From: Eledone cirrhosa
Lineage: Eukaryota
Assembly: GCA_964016885.1 (NCBI GenBank)
Contig: OZ024740.1
Span: forward strand, 248,930,001 to 248,994,000
Direction: 5' to 3'
Length of the DNA: 64,000 nt
Below are positions 59,506 through 64,000 of this stretch, in pieces. Below the pieces are notes generated by a model that saw only the letters and a list, made by a program, of their open reading frames with translations, did no database searches and was not told the origin of the DNA. Each line of letters begins with the position of its first letter. The first letter of the stretch is position 1. The position numbers and the translations under genes were made by a program.

Positions 59506-59845
59506 TAACACATGTCTAGAGAATCACCAGATAAAATATATACCATTTCCTCTGCCAATTAGCATAATTAACTATATAAAAAATCGAATAGACCAGGCTA
59601 TAAGAATAAGGCTTCTATGAAGAAATCTCCAACAAATAACCGAGACTAGCGCTTCGCATCGGCCGCGGCGGAATATTTATCGAATATTTCGACAGCGTAA
59701 TTGTGCTAATTGGGAGAGGAAATGGTATATATTTTATCTGGTGATTCTCTAGACATGTTTTATGATATATAGCTCTGATTATTTAATTTATTAACCACAA
59801 TTTTTCATTGAGCCACAAAGTGACCCGTTGCAAAACACGTATATG
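59502..59845. mobile_element. Family H2 fragments in direct plus inverted (fold-back) arrangement
   Basis: 59502-59700 matches 52266-52464; 59703-59845 is the reverse complement of ~52185-52329, giving ~70-bp inverted arms. Confidence 0.85.
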
Positions 59846-59889
59846 TATGTATGTATGTATATATATCAACATATATATAAATCAACATA

Positions 59890-60286
59890 TGACCCCTTAG
59901 CCTTTGTCAAGGCAGAATTCTAGGAGAAGGAAGGCTCTGATATAACACCTGCAACCCTGATGGTATCCAATGATGTTGACTTGTTCTTCTTTTTGGTAAA
60001 TATCATCTGGTTAAGAGAGTGGGACTGGCTTTGTGCAGTGCCTTTGCTCACTATAAAAGCTTCACAGCACAGGCATTGCTTTATATCTGGAGATCTCTCT
60101 GCACTTGTCGTCACATGGTACCATGGGCCCAGCACTGTGTGTCAATAATTGTCACAGGTGTAGTGTTTGTACCAGAGTTTTCAAGTCGCTGGACTAAAAA
60201 GTCACACTCGTTCAGCGCACCGGTAGGGGTTCTCCTACATGGATATAAGGTAGTGGCCGTACTCGAAAACGAGTTGGCAGCCACCA
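59890..60286 (+). mobile_element. Bipartite RTE-derived element, 5'-truncated copy
   Basis: Matches 20565-20965. Confidence 0.8.
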
Positions 60287-60363
60287 TATATGTATGTATG
60301 TGTGTGTATGTATGTGTGTATATATGTTTGTGTGTATGTATATGTATATATATATATATATAT

Positions 60364-63300
60364 GTAGGCACCTTAAAGGGTCGCTCTAACGAGGTTGTAG
60401 AAATGCTTGAACGTAAGGAGGTCGATGTTTGTTGTATTCAAGAGACCAGGTGGAGGGGAGGGTCGGCTAGATTCATCGTGGGTAAAGAACGATGCTATAA
60501 GCTTTTCTGGGTGGGAAATGACAATGGGTTGGGTGGGGTAGGAATCATGGTAGCAGAAAAGTGGGCAGATAAGATAATAGACGTAAATAGAGTGAACGAC
60601 AGAATAATTATAATAAGACTTGTCCTCAATAAAACTACGGTGACAGTAATATCTGCGTACGCACCCCAATCCGGACTGCCCCGCGCTATAAAAGACAGAT
60701 TCTACGAGACACTGATGCTCGCTACCTCCCAAATAACCGACAGTGACTATATAGTTATTGCAGGCGACCTAAATGGTCACGTTGGACAATATTGTGACGG
60801 CTATGACGGAATCCATGGAGGCTATGGGTTCGGTACTAGAAATGAGGAAGGCTCCAGAATCCTGGAATTCTGCGACGCAAATAACTTAACTATCTGTAAC
60901 ACTAACTTCAAAAAACGAGACAATCACTTGATCACCTATAGATCGGGGGAACACACAAGCCAGGTAGATTATATCCTTACCAGAAGACGTGACAGAGTGT
61001 CTGTTGTTAACACTAAATCCCACCCCCATGAAGAATTCACCTCCCAACATAGACTGATAATTAGCGACCTCATAGTCAGGACGAGACGTACTAGACAGCG
61101 GAAGAGGACTATCCTCAGGAGAAAAATATGGAAGCTAAAGGACCCCATAGCCAGAAATAAATTTCAAAGCATATTACTTGACGCTTTCGACAGTAAGGAA
61201 GAGCAATTAGAGTCGTATAATATAGAGGAACAGTGGGAATTCCTGAGAGCAAACCTGCTGACGGCGGCAGACGAAGTCTGTGGCTGCAGCAGGCCTGTAG
61301 GTAGGAGGAGAGTAACATGGTGGTGGAACAGTAAGGTGGAGGAGTCAATTAAGGCCAAAAAGCAGGCTTGGAAAGTATGGCGGGATGGGAGAAGTAGAGA
61401 AGACTATCAAGTGGCCAGGAGGGAAGCTAGGAGACAAGTGTACTTCGCAAGAAGGGAAGCAGAGGAAAGAAAGTTCAAGCATGTTCTACAACGTGAGGAC
61501 CAAAAACGTGAGGTGTTCAGGATTGCCAGGCAATGTGTCAAGGAAAACCGTGATATTGTCGGGGAGAAGTGTGTACTTAACGATGATGGCATACTTGCCA
61601 TCACCGACGCTGATAAGAAGGTAGCTTGGAAGTGTCACTACGAAAGGCTTCTAAATGAGGAGAACAAATGGGAGAAAGACAGTCTCCCCCAGATCGATCC
61701 AATAGAGGGACCAGCAGTATTAGTTGAAGGTAGTATAATAAGTAAGGCAATCAAAGATATGAAGACGGGTAAGGCGGCTGGGCCTTCGGAAATAGTTGCT
61801 GAGATGCTGAAGGCATCTGGTTCGGTGGGACACACCATGGTCACCCGGATAGTTAACCAAGTCGTACAGAATGGGGTTGTTCCGAAGGAATGGCGTAGCA
61901 GCATCATCGTTAACTGCTATAAGGGAAAAGGAGATGCCCTAGATAGGAGTAACTATAGAGGCATTAAATTAATCGACCAGGTCATGAAGGTCACGGAAAA
62001 AGTAATAGCGCAACTAATCAGAGAGAGAATTGATCTAGATGAAATGCAGTTCGGGTTTGTATCAGGCAAAAGTACCACAGACGCTCTTTTCATTGTACGA
62101 CAACTACAGGAGAAGTACCTAGCTAAAAGTAAACCCCTATACTTAGCTTTCGTCGACTTGGAGAAAGCCTTCGACAGAGTCCCCCGTTCCATTATCTGGT
62201 GGTCTCTTAGAAAACTAGGTGTTGACGAATGGCTTGTGAGAGCTATACAAGCCATGTATAAAGAAACAGTCAGTAAGGTTAGAATTAACAATGAATATAG
62301 TGAAGAGTTTAGCGTAAAAGTTGGTGTCCATCAGGGCTCTGTTCTTAGCCCCCTACTATTTATTATTGCCCTTCAGGCTATAACAGAGGAGTTCAAGACC
62401 GGCTGCCCATGGGAACTCCTATACGCAGATGATCTAACGCTCATAGCTGAATCAATGACCGAACTAGAGAAGAAATTCCAAACGTGGAAGCACGGCCTAG
62501 AATCAAAAGGACTTAAAATTAACCTGGCTAAGACTAAAGTTCTAGTTTGTAGGAAAGAAAATAAGGCGGCGGTCCCATCGGGGAAATGGCCATGCTCAGT
62601 GTGTAGGAAAGGCGTAGGTAGAAACTCCATTTTATGTCCCAAATGCAAAGTATGGGTGCATAAAAGATGTAGTGGGATCACAGGTAAGCTAACTAAGAAC
62701 ATAGATTTTACATGTGGCCGGTGCTCTGGTGCAATAAGTAGCAGCAAGTGCCCACAAAATACTAGCTCCTTCAACTGCGCAGAGGGTTCTATAGAAATAG
62801 TGGACAGCTTCCGTTATCTGGGTGACAAAATCAGCAGTGGGGGAGGGTGCTCTGAAAGTACAGTAGCTAGAGTCAGAACTGGATGGAAAAAGTTCAGAGA
62901 GCTTATACCACTATTAGCCGCTAGAGGGTTCTCCCTAAAAATGAAAGGCAGGTTATACGATGCCTGCATACGAACAGAAATGCTGCATGGCAGTGAGACC
63001 TGGGCATTGTGTGCAGAGGATATACGCAGACTAGAGAGGAACGAAGCTTGCATGCTCCGCTGGATGTGCAATAGTAATATACGTGAACGGCAAAGCATAA
63101 ACGAACTAAGGAAAAAATTAGAAATAAGAGGGATCAGATGTTGTTTACTCGAGAGAAGGCTACGTTGGTACGGTCACGTGATGTGCATGAAAGACGACAG
63201 CTGTATAACAAAGTGCAGGGCAATAAAGATAGACGGTAGCCACAGAGTAGGCAGACCCAGAAAAACATGGGACGAGCTGATAAATTCCGACCTCACACGC

Positions 63301-63378
63301 TTACACCTCTCCAAGACAATGTCACTGGACCGAGACCTTTGGCGGTACTCAGTAATAGAGAAGACCCGCCTTACCTAA
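60364..63378 (+). CDS. RTE family A ORF (APE endonuclease + RT with inserted PHD-like finger), uninterrupted but lacking the first ~35-40 codons
   Basis: Open from VGTLKGRSNE to the stop; GDLNGH, DLEKAFD, HQGSVLSP, YADD, FRYLG all intact. Confidence 0.92.
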   Translation, partial: VGTLKGRSNEVVEMLERKEVDVCCIQETRWRGGSARFIVGKERCYKLFWVGNDNGLGGVGIMVAEKWADKIIDVNRVNDRIIIIRLVLNKTTVTVISAYAPQSGLPRAIKDRFYETLMLATSQITDSDYIVIAGDLNGHVGQYCDGYDGIHGGYGFGTRNEEGSRILEFCDANNLTICNTNFKKRDNHLITYRSGEHTSQVDYILTRRRDRVSVVNTKSHPHEEFTSQHRLIISDLIVRTRRTRQRKRTILRRKIWKLKDPIARNKFQSILLDAFDSKEEQLESYNIEEQWEFLRANLLTAADEVCGCSRPVGRRRVTWWWNSKVEESIKAKKQAWKVWRDGRSREDYQVARREARRQVYFARREAEERKFKHVLQREDQKREVFRIARQCVKENRDIVGEKCVLNDDGILAITDADKKVAWKCHYERLLNEENKWEKDSLPQIDPIEGPAVLVEGSIISKAIKDMKTGKAAGPSEIVAEMLKASGSVGHTMVTRIVNQVVQNGVVPKEWRSSIIVNCYKGKGDALDRSNYRGIKLIDQVMKVTEKVIAQLIRERIDLDEMQFGFVSGKSTTDALFIVRQLQEKYLAKSKPLYLAFVDLEKAFDRVPRSIIWWSLRKLGVDEWLVRAIQAMYKETVSKVRINNEYSEEFSVKVGVHQGSVLSPLLFIIALQAITEEFKTGCPWELLYADDLTLIAESMTELEKKFQTWKHGLESKGLKINLAKTKVLVCRKENKAAVPSGKWPCSVCRKGVGRNSILCPKCKVWVHKRCSGITGKLTKNIDFTCGRCSGAISSSKCPQNTSSFNCAEGSIEIVDSFRYLGDKISSGGGCSESTVARVRTGWKKFRELIPLLAARGFSLKMKGRLYDACIRTEMLHGSETWALCAEDIRRLERNEACMLRWMCNSNIRERQSINELRKKLEIRGIRCCLLERRLRWYGHVMCMKDDSCITKCRAIKIDGSHRVGRPRKTWDELINSDLTRLHLSKTMSLDRDLWRYSVIEKTRLT

Positions 63379-63891
63379 ATACAAAGTAAAAACCTACTAC
63401 AGTCAGTAGGCATCTCTATCAAAACACACCCCCGTCCCACCACCTCCACCCCACCCACCCACACCTCCCCTTTCAATGTAAAGTTATGTTGGTCCCACAA
63501 CATCCAGGCCGAAACAAATGAGATCGTGTAGGTGTCATGACAAAAAACACACAGTCCACGCTGTAAATGTGGCCGTGTAGGCAACACGGTAAAAACCTCC
63601 CAGCCCCACACTGTAAATGTGGTTGGTGTTAGGAAGGGCATCCAGCTGTAGAAAACCCGCCAGACAGTCCACGCTGTAATGTGGCCGTGTAGGCAACACT
63701 GTAAAAACCTCCCAGCCCCACACTGTAAATGTGGTTGGTGTTAGGAAGGGCATCCAACTGTAGAAAACCCGCCAGACAGTCCTATGCGAGCAAGACAACC
63801 ACTCTTGCCTCAAGTGGGAAAACCCCCGTCCAAACCCATGCAAGCGTGGAACACGGACGCTAAACCTGATGATGATGATGATGATGATGAT
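60364..63891 (+). mobile_element. Young RTE LINE family A
   Basis: ORF + 3'UTR (with a 113-bp tandem duplication at 63551-63780) + (gat)n tail. Confidence 0.95.
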
Positions 63892-63904
63892 GTGTGTATA
63901 TGTA

Positions 63905-63937
<33 letters not shown>

Positions 63938-64000
63938 GTATATATATATATGTTATGCCAGGTCACCAGTTGGTGCTACTGGTAACATGTATCCCAGTAC

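Noticed and set aside
60019-60363. N-terminal extension making a 1119-aa ORF
   Set aside because: Chance in-frame fusion of the off-frame bipartite element and microsatellite to a 5'-truncated RTE; starts at GTG

Overview
Eukaryotic, repeat-saturated 64-kb window with no recognisable host gene. The repeat inventory (tRNA/CORE-type SINEs with RTE tails, huge (TA)n arrays) looks like an octopus/cephalopod genome, which is an inference. About a third of the window is interrupted (TA)n microsatellite, and most long ORFs in the track are artefacts of it. The arrays carry insertions of RTE LINEs (two young families with a PHD-like finger inside the RT), CR1-like, R4/Dong-like and Tx1/L1-like LINE fragments, Tc1/mariner relics, TTAA-flanked MITEs, SINEs, and three Penelope-like retroelements of Naiad type (SxKNIP N-terminus, RT, CxCx5CP knuckle, GIY-YIG). 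The most notable signal is invisible in the ORF track. There are at least six well-formed and three degenerate or truncated type I hammerhead ribozymes from about seven unrelated sequence contexts, almost all with a short palindromic stem III. They occur in Naiad 3' regions, in a 469-bp and a ~670-bp non-coding tandem repeat (retrozyme-like, potential circular RNAs), and in fold-back palindromes. Together they suggest a Penelope-like-element/retrozyme system that inserts into TA microsatellites. All alignments and folds were done by eye.
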